A stretch of DNA of 64,000 nt from Rhodospirillales bacterium (GTDB lineage Bacteria > Pseudomonadota > Alphaproteobacteria > Micavibrionales > Micavibrionaceae): the NCBI GenBank assembly GCA_020638155.1, contig JACKJB010000005.1:5235-69234 (forward strand), read 5' to 3'. Positions within the stretch are counted from its first letter, which is position 1. Each line of letters starts with the position of its first letter. The notes beneath the pieces were generated by a model that did no database searches, had not been told where the DNA came from, and worked only from the letters and a program-made list of their open reading frames with translations. The translations under genes and the position numbers were made by a program. Below, piece by piece: positions 1 to 8,224 of the stretch.

Positions 1-772
1 CGACCCACTGTTCGATCCCCACCCCGTTAGGACTTTCAAGACGGGACACACGAACAACAACAATCGTCACCAGCAGGTTATCAGAGCGCTTCTGCGCCCC
101 CGACTGGTAGGTCAAAACCATCGGGATCTGGACGATCCACTGGTACCGCCCCTGAACGACACCTTCCCGGTCAAGCACCGGGGCACCGCGCGGCGCCGCC
201 GTCACAACCTGCTGATTCGCCTCGACCATCTCGATAATCCGCGACGCCTGCAGTGCTTTGGTAAAGCTTTCCCAGCCACGGCGCGTGAAATTGCGAGACG
301 CTTCCTGAAGACGGCGGCGATAATCGTTAAATCCAAAAGTCATCACCTCGGTCGCCGCCTGAGCCACCCAGGACATCAGCGCCGGCGTACTGAGGTTGGC
401 TTCGTTCAGCGCCACCATCGGTATCAGGCGCCCATCTTCGGTTGTCGCAAAATAACGGTTTTCAGGCTGGTGAATATGAACCACAAACAACATCACACCA
501 ATCAACCCCAAAATCACAAACGTCTGGAGCAAAGCAAGCTTGAGGATGGTGCGGTATCCATCACGATAAAATTCATTACGCACCATTACAGTATTGAGCA
601 TCCCGATATCATTACCCTGCGGCGCCTCTTTCGTGGGCACGGCACCGGGTTTCCCGGCAGGAGCCTTACCCGCCGCCCCCTTGGCAGGCTTAAAACTGCG
701 CGGATTCGCCTTACCACCCGCAGGACGGGGGGGCGCTTTTGGTGATTTCTGAGAAGGTTTGTCCTGAGCCAT
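1..772 (-). CDS. dotI: Type IVB secretion protein DotI/IcmL family (TraM-like), 3' end cut by the window edge
   Basis: My own minus-strand translation from the ATG at 772-770 gives MAQDKPSQKSPKAPP...NEFYRDGYRTILKLALLQTFVILGLIGVMLF (a single TM helix). A periplasmic domain follows, ending ...VRVSRLESPNGVGIEQWV. The FYRDxYR motif plus TM topology is typical of IcmL/DotI. This ORF is absent from the supplied track because it runs off the window. Confidence 0.65.
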   Translation of the reverse strand, partial: MAQDKPSQKSPKAPPRPAGGKANPRSFKPAKGAAGKAPAGKPGAVPTKEAPQGNDIGMLNTVMVRNEFYRDGYRTILKLALLQTFVILGLIGVMLFVVHIHQPENRYFATTEDGRLIPMVALNEANLSTPALMSWVAQAATEVMTFGFNDYRRRLQEASRNFTRRGWESFTKALQASRIIEMVEANQQVVTAAPRGAPVLDREGVVQGRYQWIVQIPMVLTYQSGAQKRSDNLLVTIVVVRVSRLESPNGVGIEQWV

Positions 773-1010
773 GTTTTTTCAATTATATAAAACCAAGATA
801 CGCAACATTATACATGCTGGCATCAGCAGATACCAGAGTTTGAGTATGAATAGCAAAACCAAATATCTCAAGCTCTTTATATAAGAGTTTGACAGAAAGA
901 CAAAACAAACCCTTTCGTACGGGGACGCGGTGTATTTTTGTGCACTCTCTGGAAGAGTGTGTTAAAATATTATAAGCTAAAGAGATAAACTGCGGGCAGT
1001 TGCGGGGTTG

Positions 1011-2453
1011 ATGGATATGAAAAATATTGCCATACAGGCATGGCGGTTTTTTTCCGGAACAGCACGACAAAAATCGCCAGGACGGAAGCCGGGCGTTTTT
1101 GTGCTGTTGCTTTTCTGTGTGCCTTTAGCTGCTCTTACCGCTTTTCTTGTACCAAATTCCGCTTATTCAGCTTGCGCGAACTGTCCCTGCGTCATCAATC
1201 AGCACAACATTACCCGCAGTCACATTACCAGCCAGCACGGGTTCGGTTTTTTCCTGACCGACCCTGAGGGCCTGGCTCTGGTGACCCCTCATGTCTGTGA
1301 AAGAGGTGCCGGTACGCGCGGATGGATCGGTTATGAAATGTGCCGTCACCGCGAAGAGTTTTTTGTATTCTATTTCTGGAAAGAACACGTGCTGGCCGCG
1401 ATGATGATGATGACCGAACAGCTGGTGACCGGGGCCATGAACCAGATGTTTATCGTCGGATCGTTCTTTGATGCGAAAGAACAGCTGGAAACACAGGAGC
1501 TGTTCCAAAAACTGGACGCCCAGGCCCACCGCGATTACCACCCCAGCTTCGGCATGTGCGAAATCGGCACGATGTCGCGCAGTCTTGGCGCTTCGCAACG
1601 CCGTGGCGAGTATAACGCTTACCTGCTGAGCCAACATATGCAGGACCGCCAGATGCGTACATATAATATGGGGTCTTCCGCCGGTAAAGGTTATGAGATC
1701 GTCAACCGCTGGACGGATTTTAAAGAGACGTTCTGTAACCCACACGATAACGATAACAAAATGATGCCGCCGCGCTCCGATACGGCGATATGTGGCGGGG
1801 CTCCGTTTGAAAAACGGAATGCCGATGTCGATTACACCCGCGCAATCGAGCATCCGCTAACGATCGAGGCCGATTTCAGCAATGGCGGGCTTGAGCCTGA
1901 TGAAGATGTGATCTTCGGCCTGTCAGATAATCTCTTCGGGCACGATGTCTTCGAATATTTTCCTGAAGCGTTTTTCAAACAGGATGATTACGAAGACGAA
2001 TATATGTATGTCCGGTCCATGATCGCAAAACGCAGTGTCGCGCAAAATTCCTTCAGCAATATTGTCGGGATGAAATCACAAGGTAAACCAGAATCAGCTG
2101 TCGTCCGGGATTACATGGAAAAACTTCTGGAACAGCTGGGCGTTACCGATGCAGGGGACAGGCGCAATATCGTTCACGACCTGCCAAGCTATTATGCCCA
2201 GATGGAAATGCTGACGAAAAAACTGTACCAGCGCCCGGAATTTTACACCAACCTGTATGACAAGCCGGTCAATGTCGACCGGAAAATCGCCGCGATGAAA
2301 GCGATCGGCCTGATGCAGAATATGGATCTATTCAAAAGCAAGTTACGAAGCGAAGCTTCGCTTGCTGTTTTAACGGAAATGGAAATCTTCAAAGCACAGG
2401 AAAGCGGCGCGCAGGACCGCCTGACCGGTGCGGACAGTACGGGAATTCAGTAA
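1011..2453 (+). CDS. Paralog 1 of an unnamed secreted protein family (signal peptide, N-terminal CxxCxC cluster)
   Basis: ORF 1008..2453; ATG codons at 1011 and 1017. The Sec-type leader ends ...LVPNSAYSA|CANCPCV. Shares these blocks with the next four ORFs: AAMMMMTEQLV, FFDAKEQLETQELFQ, AHRDYHPSFGMCEIGT, IAKRSVAQNSF, PSYYAQMEMLTKKLYQRPEFYTNLYDKPVNVDRK. Confidence 0.85.
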   Translation: MDMKNIAIQAWRFFSGTARQKSPGRKPGVFVLLLFCVPLAALTAFLVPNSAYSACANCPCVINQHNITRSHITSQHGFGFFLTDPEGLALVTPHVCERGAGTRGWIGYEMCRHREEFFVFYFWKEHVLAAMMMMTEQLVTGAMNQMFIVGSFFDAKEQLETQELFQKLDAQAHRDYHPSFGMCEIGTMSRSLGASQRRGEYNAYLLSQHMQDRQMRTYNMGSSAGKGYEIVNRWTDFKETFCNPHDNDNKMMPPRSDTAICGGAPFEKRNADVDYTRAIEHPLTIEADFSNGGLEPDEDVIFGLSDNLFGHDVFEYFPEAFFKQDDYEDEYMYVRSMIAKRSVAQNSFSNIVGMKSQGKPESAVVRDYMEKLLEQLGVTDAGDRRNIVHDLPSYYAQMEMLTKKLYQRPEFYTNLYDKPVNVDRKIAAMKAIGLMQNMDLFKSKLRSEASLAVLTEMEIFKAQESGAQDRLTGADSTGIQ

Positions 2454-2455
2454 TC

Positions 2456-3976
2456 ATGGCTAAAAAGAGCGTCGCATATACACAGAAAGGCCTCAGGAAC
2501 ACCCTGATGGCCTGCCTGTTTGCGATCTCCGCTCTTTTATTCAACCCGGAGCCGGTGAACGCCGGCTGCGGTGACAACTGCACATGTGTACCAATCGCCC
2601 ATGGTTCCGTGATTCCTTTTCCACCGGGCTTTTCTAAAGGCGACATAGGAAACAACACCGATATCCGTGGCACGATCCGGCAGGAACACGAGATGACAAC
2701 CCGACATATGGATATGGAATTCGACGATATGGAAGAGTTCTTAGTCAACGAATCCAACCCCAGGGACCCGACCCGGATCTGGGGCGGGTATCTCTGGCCC
2801 GCATGGATGATGATGAATGAGCAGCTCGTGCACACGGCCATGTACCAGATGCTGATCCTCGGCAGCCTGCTCGATGCCAAAGCGCAGCTTGAAACCCAGA
2901 CCCTGTTCCAAAAACTGACCAATGAAGCGCACCAGAATTATCATACCGATCACGAAATGTGCGTCGTCGGCACCAATGTTCGCAGTCTGGCCGCCGCTGA
3001 ACGGCGCGCCGAATTCACGACATTCGTTCTCAGCCAGCGCAGCATCGACCGGCAGATGGCCAATCTGAACAGCGCCGCCGCCCGCGGCGAAGATGATGAT
3101 GAATGTTTCCGGCTGCGGCAGTTCCGCAAGCGGTACTGTGATAACCGGGACAATAACGAACATATGCAGTGGATCTGCGATCCGCAGGCTGCCGCTACTG
3201 CGGCTGGCGTACCCTTCCAGCCTTTGCGTCCGGAATGCGTGGCACCAAATATCGCAATTACCAATGAAACAAAGAACAAAGATATAAGTTATGCCCGGAC
3301 GATTGACCGCACAAAAACCCTGAATATCGATTTTGTCGCCCCGGCAGCAACGCCAACCGAAGACGAAGAAGATATTTTTGCGCTGGCCAGCAACCTGTAT
3401 TCGCACGATGTGATGTTCAGGATGCCCGAATCATCCCTGCGCCAGCGGCAAAGCCAGGATGAAATCCTGGATATGCGCGGCATCGTCGCCAAACGCAATG
3501 TCGCCGAACACAGCTTTAATACCATCGTTGGCCTGCGGGCGATGGGGAACGAAGAGTCAAAAGACATTACCTACCCTTATATGAAACTGATTATGGAGCG
3601 GCTTGATATTGGCGATGACAGGGGCTGGCCCGAAGAAGAGCTGGCCCGTTTCCTGAAACCCGAACCAAGCGAGCTTGGCGAGGCTGATGACCCTGATCTC
3701 TGGCGCCCCAGTTATGATGCGCAGATGGAAGTCCTGACCAAACGGCTTTTCCAGTCCCCTGATTTTTACGCCAACCTGTATGACGAGCCGGTCAATGTTG
3801 ACCGTAAATCCGTGGCCCTGCAGGCCATCGGCCTGATGCAGGATTTTGATACATGGAACAGCTACCTGCGCACCGAAGCGATGCTGTCGGTGATCCTGGA
3901 GCTGGAGTTATTGCGCCTGAACAATCAGGTCCAGAACCAGCTGGGCACCGTACGAAGCGGCGGACTGGAGTTGTAA
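2456..3976 (+). CDS. Paralog 2 of the same secreted family (N-terminal CxxxCxC cluster)
   Basis: The ATG lies 2 nt after the paralog 1 stop. Leader ...NPEPVNAG|CGDNCTCV. Blocks: AWMMMNEQLV, LLDAKAQLETQTLFQ, AHQNYHTDHEMCVVGT, VAKRNVAEHSF, PSYDAQMEVLTKRLFQSPDFYANLYDEPVNVDRK. Confidence 0.85.
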   Translation: MAKKSVAYTQKGLRNTLMACLFAISALLFNPEPVNAGCGDNCTCVPIAHGSVIPFPPGFSKGDIGNNTDIRGTIRQEHEMTTRHMDMEFDDMEEFLVNESNPRDPTRIWGGYLWPAWMMMNEQLVHTAMYQMLILGSLLDAKAQLETQTLFQKLTNEAHQNYHTDHEMCVVGTNVRSLAAAERRAEFTTFVLSQRSIDRQMANLNSAAARGEDDDECFRLRQFRKRYCDNRDNNEHMQWICDPQAAATAAGVPFQPLRPECVAPNIAITNETKNKDISYARTIDRTKTLNIDFVAPAATPTEDEEDIFALASNLYSHDVMFRMPESSLRQRQSQDEILDMRGIVAKRNVAEHSFNTIVGLRAMGNEESKDITYPYMKLIMERLDIGDDRGWPEEELARFLKPEPSELGEADDPDLWRPSYDAQMEVLTKRLFQSPDFYANLYDEPVNVDRKSVALQAIGLMQDFDTWNSYLRTEAMLSVILELELLRLNNQVQNQLGTVRSGGLEL

Positions 3977-5364
3977 TGAGAAACAATATGAAGCACGGCA
4001 AAACAAGAATATATTCTTCGAGAACTGTCATGCTCCGCATGTTTATGCTTGCGGCTCTCGTCCTGTTTTCTTTTGCCTCCCAAAGCTGGGCCGCATGTTG
4101 TCCTTGCCCGGGATGTAATCAATGCGTCTTTCCGCAACGTGACGCGACAATCGCACATATTCAGACCGAACATAATACGACCCGCAATTTTATCACCCAG
4201 CAGTTCCGGTTTCATCAGAACTGGCTGTTCGGTGCCAATACATTCTACGGTGGAGCACGAGACAGCTTTTTCGAGTTACATGTCCTGCCGGCCCTGATGA
4301 TGATGACCGAGCAACTGGTTACGACCGGCATGGAGCAAATGTTTATTCTCGGCACGTTTTTCGATGCCAAGATCCAGCTGGAAACCCAGCGCCTGTTCCA
4401 GGAAAAAGAAGCCGAAGCCCATAAAGATTATCATCCGTCTTTCGGCATGTGCGTCATCGGCACCAATGTCCGCAGTATGGCCGCCGCCGACCGTAACGGC
4501 GAGTATACCAGCTATGTGCTGAGCCAGCGGTCGCAAGACCGCCAGCTCGGAATCTATAGCGGCCAGGCCGCTTATAGCGCCGAAATGGACCGGCGTGGCA
4601 GGATCGAACAGTTTAAAAAACGCTACTGCGATACCGATAATAACAGCCAGGATTTAACCGAGCTGTGCGACGCGGGTAAAGCGCCTGCGGCGACTGTCAA
4701 CAGCGATATCGATTATATGCGCACCGTCGATATGAACCGGACGCTGAATATCGATTTTACCGACGATGTCGCCACAAATGATGAAATCGATGTGCTGGCG
4801 CTGGCCAGCAACCTGTTTTCCCATGAGGTCATGAATAAGACGAACTGGACCACAGGGGAGATGGAATCAGCCGAAGGTCCTTATCTGGACCTGCGCTCTA
4901 TCGTTGCCAAGCGTAGTGTCGCTGAGAATTCATTCAATGCCATTATCGGTCTGAAAGCGCAAGGTACTCCCATTTCCGAACAAACGATCCTGTTTACCGA
5001 AAAAGTGCTGGAACAGTTCGGCGTTAATGACGGTGATGACAGGCTGCGCATGATTGGCGGGGTTCTCGGTGACCGTGAAACTCCGAACCGGCGCCCAAGC
5101 TATTTCGCTCAGTTAGAAGTCCTGGCGCAGAAGATTTATCAGGACCCCGAATTTTATACCAACCTGTATGACAAACCGGCCAATGTGCAGCGTAAGGAGG
5201 TCGCCATGCAGGCGATCAATCTGATGCTGGAGCGCGACATGTATAAAAACGAGCTGCGCAGCGAAATGGCCCTGTCGATATGGCTTGAAATGGAACTGAT
5301 GAAATACCAGACCGATATTCAGAACCGCCTGAGTTCGCTGAAGGAAAAATATGAACAAAACTAG
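3976..5364 (+). CDS. Paralog 3 of the same secreted family (N-terminal CCxCxxCxxC cluster)
   Basis: I placed the start at the ATG of a TAATG overlap with the paralog 2 stop (3974-3978), in frame with track ORF 3853..5364. Leader MRNNMKHGKTRIYSS...FASQSWAA|CCPCPGCNQCV. Blocks: ALMMMTEQLV, FFDAKIQLETQRLFQ, AHKDYHPSFGMCVIGT, PSYFAQLEVLAQKIYQDPEFYTNLYDKPANVQRK. Confidence 0.85.
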   Translation: MRNNMKHGKTRIYSSRTVMLRMFMLAALVLFSFASQSWAACCPCPGCNQCVFPQRDATIAHIQTEHNTTRNFITQQFRFHQNWLFGANTFYGGARDSFFELHVLPALMMMTEQLVTTGMEQMFILGTFFDAKIQLETQRLFQEKEAEAHKDYHPSFGMCVIGTNVRSMAAADRNGEYTSYVLSQRSQDRQLGIYSGQAAYSAEMDRRGRIEQFKKRYCDTDNNSQDLTELCDAGKAPAATVNSDIDYMRTVDMNRTLNIDFTDDVATNDEIDVLALASNLFSHEVMNKTNWTTGEMESAEGPYLDLRSIVAKRSVAENSFNAIIGLKAQGTPISEQTILFTEKVLEQFGVNDGDDRLRMIGGVLGDRETPNRRPSYFAQLEVLAQKIYQDPEFYTNLYDKPANVQRKEVAMQAINLMLERDMYKNELRSEMALSIWLEMELMKYQTDIQNRLSSLKEKYEQN

Positions 5365-6868
5365 GCAGAAATATCAGAGCCGCTTTCAGAAGGCAGCGCG
5401 ATCGCTAAAAAAACTGAGTGTTTTAGCGATCCTGATTGGTTTTGCATTTATTTTTCTTGCCGCAAAACAGCCGGCCCAGGCTGCGTGCGGGTGCTGTGAT
5501 TGCTGCGTCAGTGTCGTTATCCCGCACCACGAAGTCACCCGCCAGGCCGTAACCGACGAACATGTTCATCTGCGTGTTGATGCGTTCGGCGTATCGGCCG
5601 GTATTCTCGCCTTCCCGGCCCGGCCCAACCCGCCACCGAATTTCTGGCGACTGCAGCATTACGAGAAATGGCTTTTGGACGTTTTCTTCGACGATTACAT
5701 TCGCCCGGCCCTGATGATGATGAGCGAACAGCTAACCTCGGTCATGATGGAACAGATGCTGATTACCGGCACGTTTTTCGATGCCAAGAAACAGCTGGAA
5801 ACACAGCGCCTGTTCCAGGAACTCGAAGCGCGTACACACCGCGATTACCACCCCAGTTTTGGTATGTGCGAAATCGGGACCAGCACCCGCAGTCTTGCTG
5901 CCGCCGAATTTAACAGTGATCTGTCTATGATGGTTCTGAATAAACGCTTCATGGACCGCCAGCTCGGGAACGGCTCTTCCGTTGGCGCTAGCGGACCGGG
6001 GATCGACCGGATCAGTAACGATGTCGCCGGACTAAAAAGCCCGCATAACCGTTTAGGATTTTTCCTGAACAATACCTGTGATGATAACGATCTGGACAAG
6101 GTTCTGGGAAGAGCCGCGACCGGGATGTTCCTGTGCGAAAACCCGCCCGAGGCTAATGGCTGGGTTAACCGCGATATCGACTGGAACAATACGGTCATGA
6201 GTCCGCGAACGGTCAATGTCGAATTCGACCGTCCCAATACGTCTGATAACCGCCGGGTTTTTGAAATGGCGAACTACCTTTACGGGCATACCGTCTTTAC
6301 CCGTCCCGAAGGGGAGATGCTGGGTTACGAACAGAACCAGGACAATTATCTCGATTCCCGCGCCGTTATCGCCAAACGCAGCGTCGCCCAGAACAGCTTT
6401 GATTCTATTATCGGTCTGAAATCCCGCGGGACGCACCGGGACGACCCCGGAGCCCGGCCGATCAGCTCGGAAGATACGGGCGAGTTCATGCGCTTTTTCC
6501 TGGTCGAGTTGGGCTTCCCGGAAGGGGATAAAAACCCGTATCACCGCTATATGTTCCACAAAAACGAGCTGAAAAACGAACCGCCACTTGACGGCCAGAC
6601 CGTCCAGATCAGCTATTACGGGCAGATGGAAGTGCTGGCGAAAAAGATTTACCAGCGCCCCGAATTTTACACGCAATTATACGACAAGCCGGTGAACGTC
6701 AAACGTAAGGCGGCGGCGATGCAGGCGATCAAACTGATGCTGGATCGTGATATTTTCGACAGCCAGTTACGGGCAGAAGCGATCATGTCGATGATCCTTG
6801 AGCTGAAAGTCGTAGAGGAACAACAGAATATCGAGAACGCGCTCGGCATCATGAAAGAGAAGTTTTAG
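5351..6868 (+). CDS. Paralog 4 of the same secreted family (N-terminal CxCCxCC cluster)
   Basis: The ATG overlaps the paralog 3 end by 14 nt. Leader ...FLAAKQPAQAA|CGCCDCCV. Blocks: ALMMMSEQLT, FFDAKKQLETQRLFQ, THRDYHPSFGMCEIGT, IAKRSVAQNSF, ISYYGQMEVLAKKIYQRPEFYTQLYDKPVNVKRK. Confidence 0.85.
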   Translation: MNKTRQKYQSRFQKAARSLKKLSVLAILIGFAFIFLAAKQPAQAACGCCDCCVSVVIPHHEVTRQAVTDEHVHLRVDAFGVSAGILAFPARPNPPPNFWRLQHYEKWLLDVFFDDYIRPALMMMSEQLTSVMMEQMLITGTFFDAKKQLETQRLFQELEARTHRDYHPSFGMCEIGTSTRSLAAAEFNSDLSMMVLNKRFMDRQLGNGSSVGASGPGIDRISNDVAGLKSPHNRLGFFLNNTCDDNDLDKVLGRAATGMFLCENPPEANGWVNRDIDWNNTVMSPRTVNVEFDRPNTSDNRRVFEMANYLYGHTVFTRPEGEMLGYEQNQDNYLDSRAVIAKRSVAQNSFDSIIGLKSRGTHRDDPGARPISSEDTGEFMRFFLVELGFPEGDKNPYHRYMFHKNELKNEPPLDGQTVQISYYGQMEVLAKKIYQRPEFYTQLYDKPVNVKRKAAAMQAIKLMLDRDIFDSQLRAEAIMSMILELKVVEEQQNIENALGIMKEKF

Positions 6869-6876
6869 ACAGGAAT

Positions 6877-8145
6877 ATGGAGAGCAGGATAAAACAAAGT
6901 ATGAGGTTTTTGCAATGCGCCGCGCGGCGCATGGTGCTGCTTTTTGTCATGCTCGGCTTATTGATTATGCCGGCGGCGCAAATCGCCCGCGCATCACATC
7001 TTGACGCCCCCGTTCTTGGCAACGCCGACGGCGCGCTTGACAGTAAGCCGCATGTCAACGGTATATACCGCGCCATGCGGGATAACTGGCTCGCGGCATG
7101 GATGATGATGACCGAGCAGTTTGTCTCCGTGATGATGCAGCAGATGTTCATTGTCGGAACATTCCTTGATGCCAAGCAGCAACTCGAAGTCCAGCGCCTG
7201 TTCCAGCAGCTTGAAGCCGAAGCGCATAAGGATTTTCACCCGGGCTTCCAGATGTGTGTCTTTGCCACCAACGTCAAAAGTCTCGGTGATGCCGATTTCC
7301 GCTCATGGGAAAACAGCATGATGCTGGATACCATTATCGAAAAACGCGAACATCTGCATGCAGGATTATCGACAGCGCCGGGGATTCCCGCCGATATCAC
7401 ACACCGGATCAAGATGTTTAAAGACATCTATTGTGATCTCGACCAGAATAACCGGCAGGATGAGCTGCTTTGCGATGGCACCGAAGGGCCGTTCAACCGC
7501 ATGACAAAAGATGTCGATTACCCAAGGGTCATCGACAATGTCTATACGATTGACGATGTCAACTTTACCGACGGGGCACATACCGATACGGAAAAAGACA
7601 TTATGGCGCTGTCCCGCAATCTTTACGCTTCCCCGGTGTTCGATTTCATGCCGGAACAGCTCATCAATGAAACCGCCGGACAAAATCTGTTCATGGAAAC
7701 CCGGTCCATCCACGCCATCCGCAGTGTTGCACGGCGCAGTTTTACCAATATTGTCGGCCAGAAAGCCGAAGGTGATCCGGCGGAAATATATGAAGTCCGC
7801 CCATTCATGTTCGGGATTGTCCATGAACTGGGCGTCCCGGTTGACGAACTGATCGATTTCCTCGGTGAGAATCCGAGCTATTTCGCCCAGATGGAAGTCC
7901 TGACCCGTAAAATTTATCAAAGCCCTGATTTCTTTACAAACCTGTACGATAAACCGGCAAACGTCCGCCGGATGGGGGTCGCCCTGCAGGCGTTTGAGCT
8001 GATGCAGGACCGCGACCGTTACGAGGCAGCCCTGCGCCGAGAAATGCTGATTTCCCTGATCCTGGAGCTTAAGCTTCGTCATTATCAGGAAAACGTCAAC
8101 GACGTCCTCATGACCTCGATCAGTCACAAACCCGACGGCCGATAA
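6877..8145 (+). CDS. Paralog 5 of the same secreted family (shorter; lacks the N-terminal Cys cluster)
   Basis: ATG 8 nt after the paralog 4 stop, preceded by AGGAA. Leader ...LLIMPAAQIARA. Blocks: AAWMMMTEQFV, FLDAKQQLEVQRLFQ, AHKDFHPGFQMCVFAT, PSYFAQMEVLTRKIYQSPDFFTNLYDKPANVRR. There is no Cys cluster after the leader. Confidence 0.85.
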   Translation: MESRIKQSMRFLQCAARRMVLLFVMLGLLIMPAAQIARASHLDAPVLGNADGALDSKPHVNGIYRAMRDNWLAAWMMMTEQFVSVMMQQMFIVGTFLDAKQQLEVQRLFQQLEAEAHKDFHPGFQMCVFATNVKSLGDADFRSWENSMMLDTIIEKREHLHAGLSTAPGIPADITHRIKMFKDIYCDLDQNNRQDELLCDGTEGPFNRMTKDVDYPRVIDNVYTIDDVNFTDGAHTDTEKDIMALSRNLYASPVFDFMPEQLINETAGQNLFMETRSIHAIRSVARRSFTNIVGQKAEGDPAEIYEVRPFMFGIVHELGVPVDELIDFLGENPSYFAQMEVLTRKIYQSPDFFTNLYDKPANVRRMGVALQAFELMQDRDRYEAALRREMLISLILELKLRHYQENVNDVLMTSISHKPDGR

Positions 8146-8146
8146 C

Positions 8147-8162
8147 TGGCACTATCCTTGCA
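8147..8162 (+). promoter_or_regulatory. Sigma-54 (-24/-12) promoter upstream of flgK
   Basis: TGGCAC-TATCC-TTGCA matches the TGGCAC-N5-TTGCW consensus exactly. It lies in the 79-nt gap between the paralog 5 stop (8145) and the flgK ATG (8225). Confidence 0.75.
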
Positions 8163-8224
8163 AATACCTTTTTGAAAGCATGCCGATATAGGCAAAAACT
8201 GCTTGTGATAAGAGGTATTTAAAA

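Noticed and set aside
470-745. Track ORF of 91 aa on the plus strand
   Set aside because: It lies entirely antisense to the much longer dotI/icmL-like reading frame, which carries recognisable motifs and a clean ATG at 772. It is a shadow ORF.
3853-3975. Upstream extension of paralog 3 (track start 3853), overlapping paralog 2 by 124 nt
   Set aside because: The ATG at 3976 forms a TAATG stop-start junction and gives a leader peptide homologous in form to the other paralogs. The extension has no signal-peptide character.
1167-8127. Long minus-strand ORFs inside the paralog array (for example 1167..1853, 2741..3406, 6053..6676, 7366..8127)
   Set aside because: They are antisense to ORFs with conserved paralogous motifs. 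Their translations are Arg/Gly/His-rich and low in complexity, typical of shadow frames in GC-rich coding DNA.
1011-8145. The idea that the five paralogs are flagellins or flagellar axial proteins, because flgK/flgL follow them
   Set aside because: They have Sec signal peptides and lack the N- and C-terminal heptad helices of type III-exported axial proteins. In addition, flgK has its own sigma-54 promoter. A looser functional link to the flagellum is kept as an alternative in the findings.
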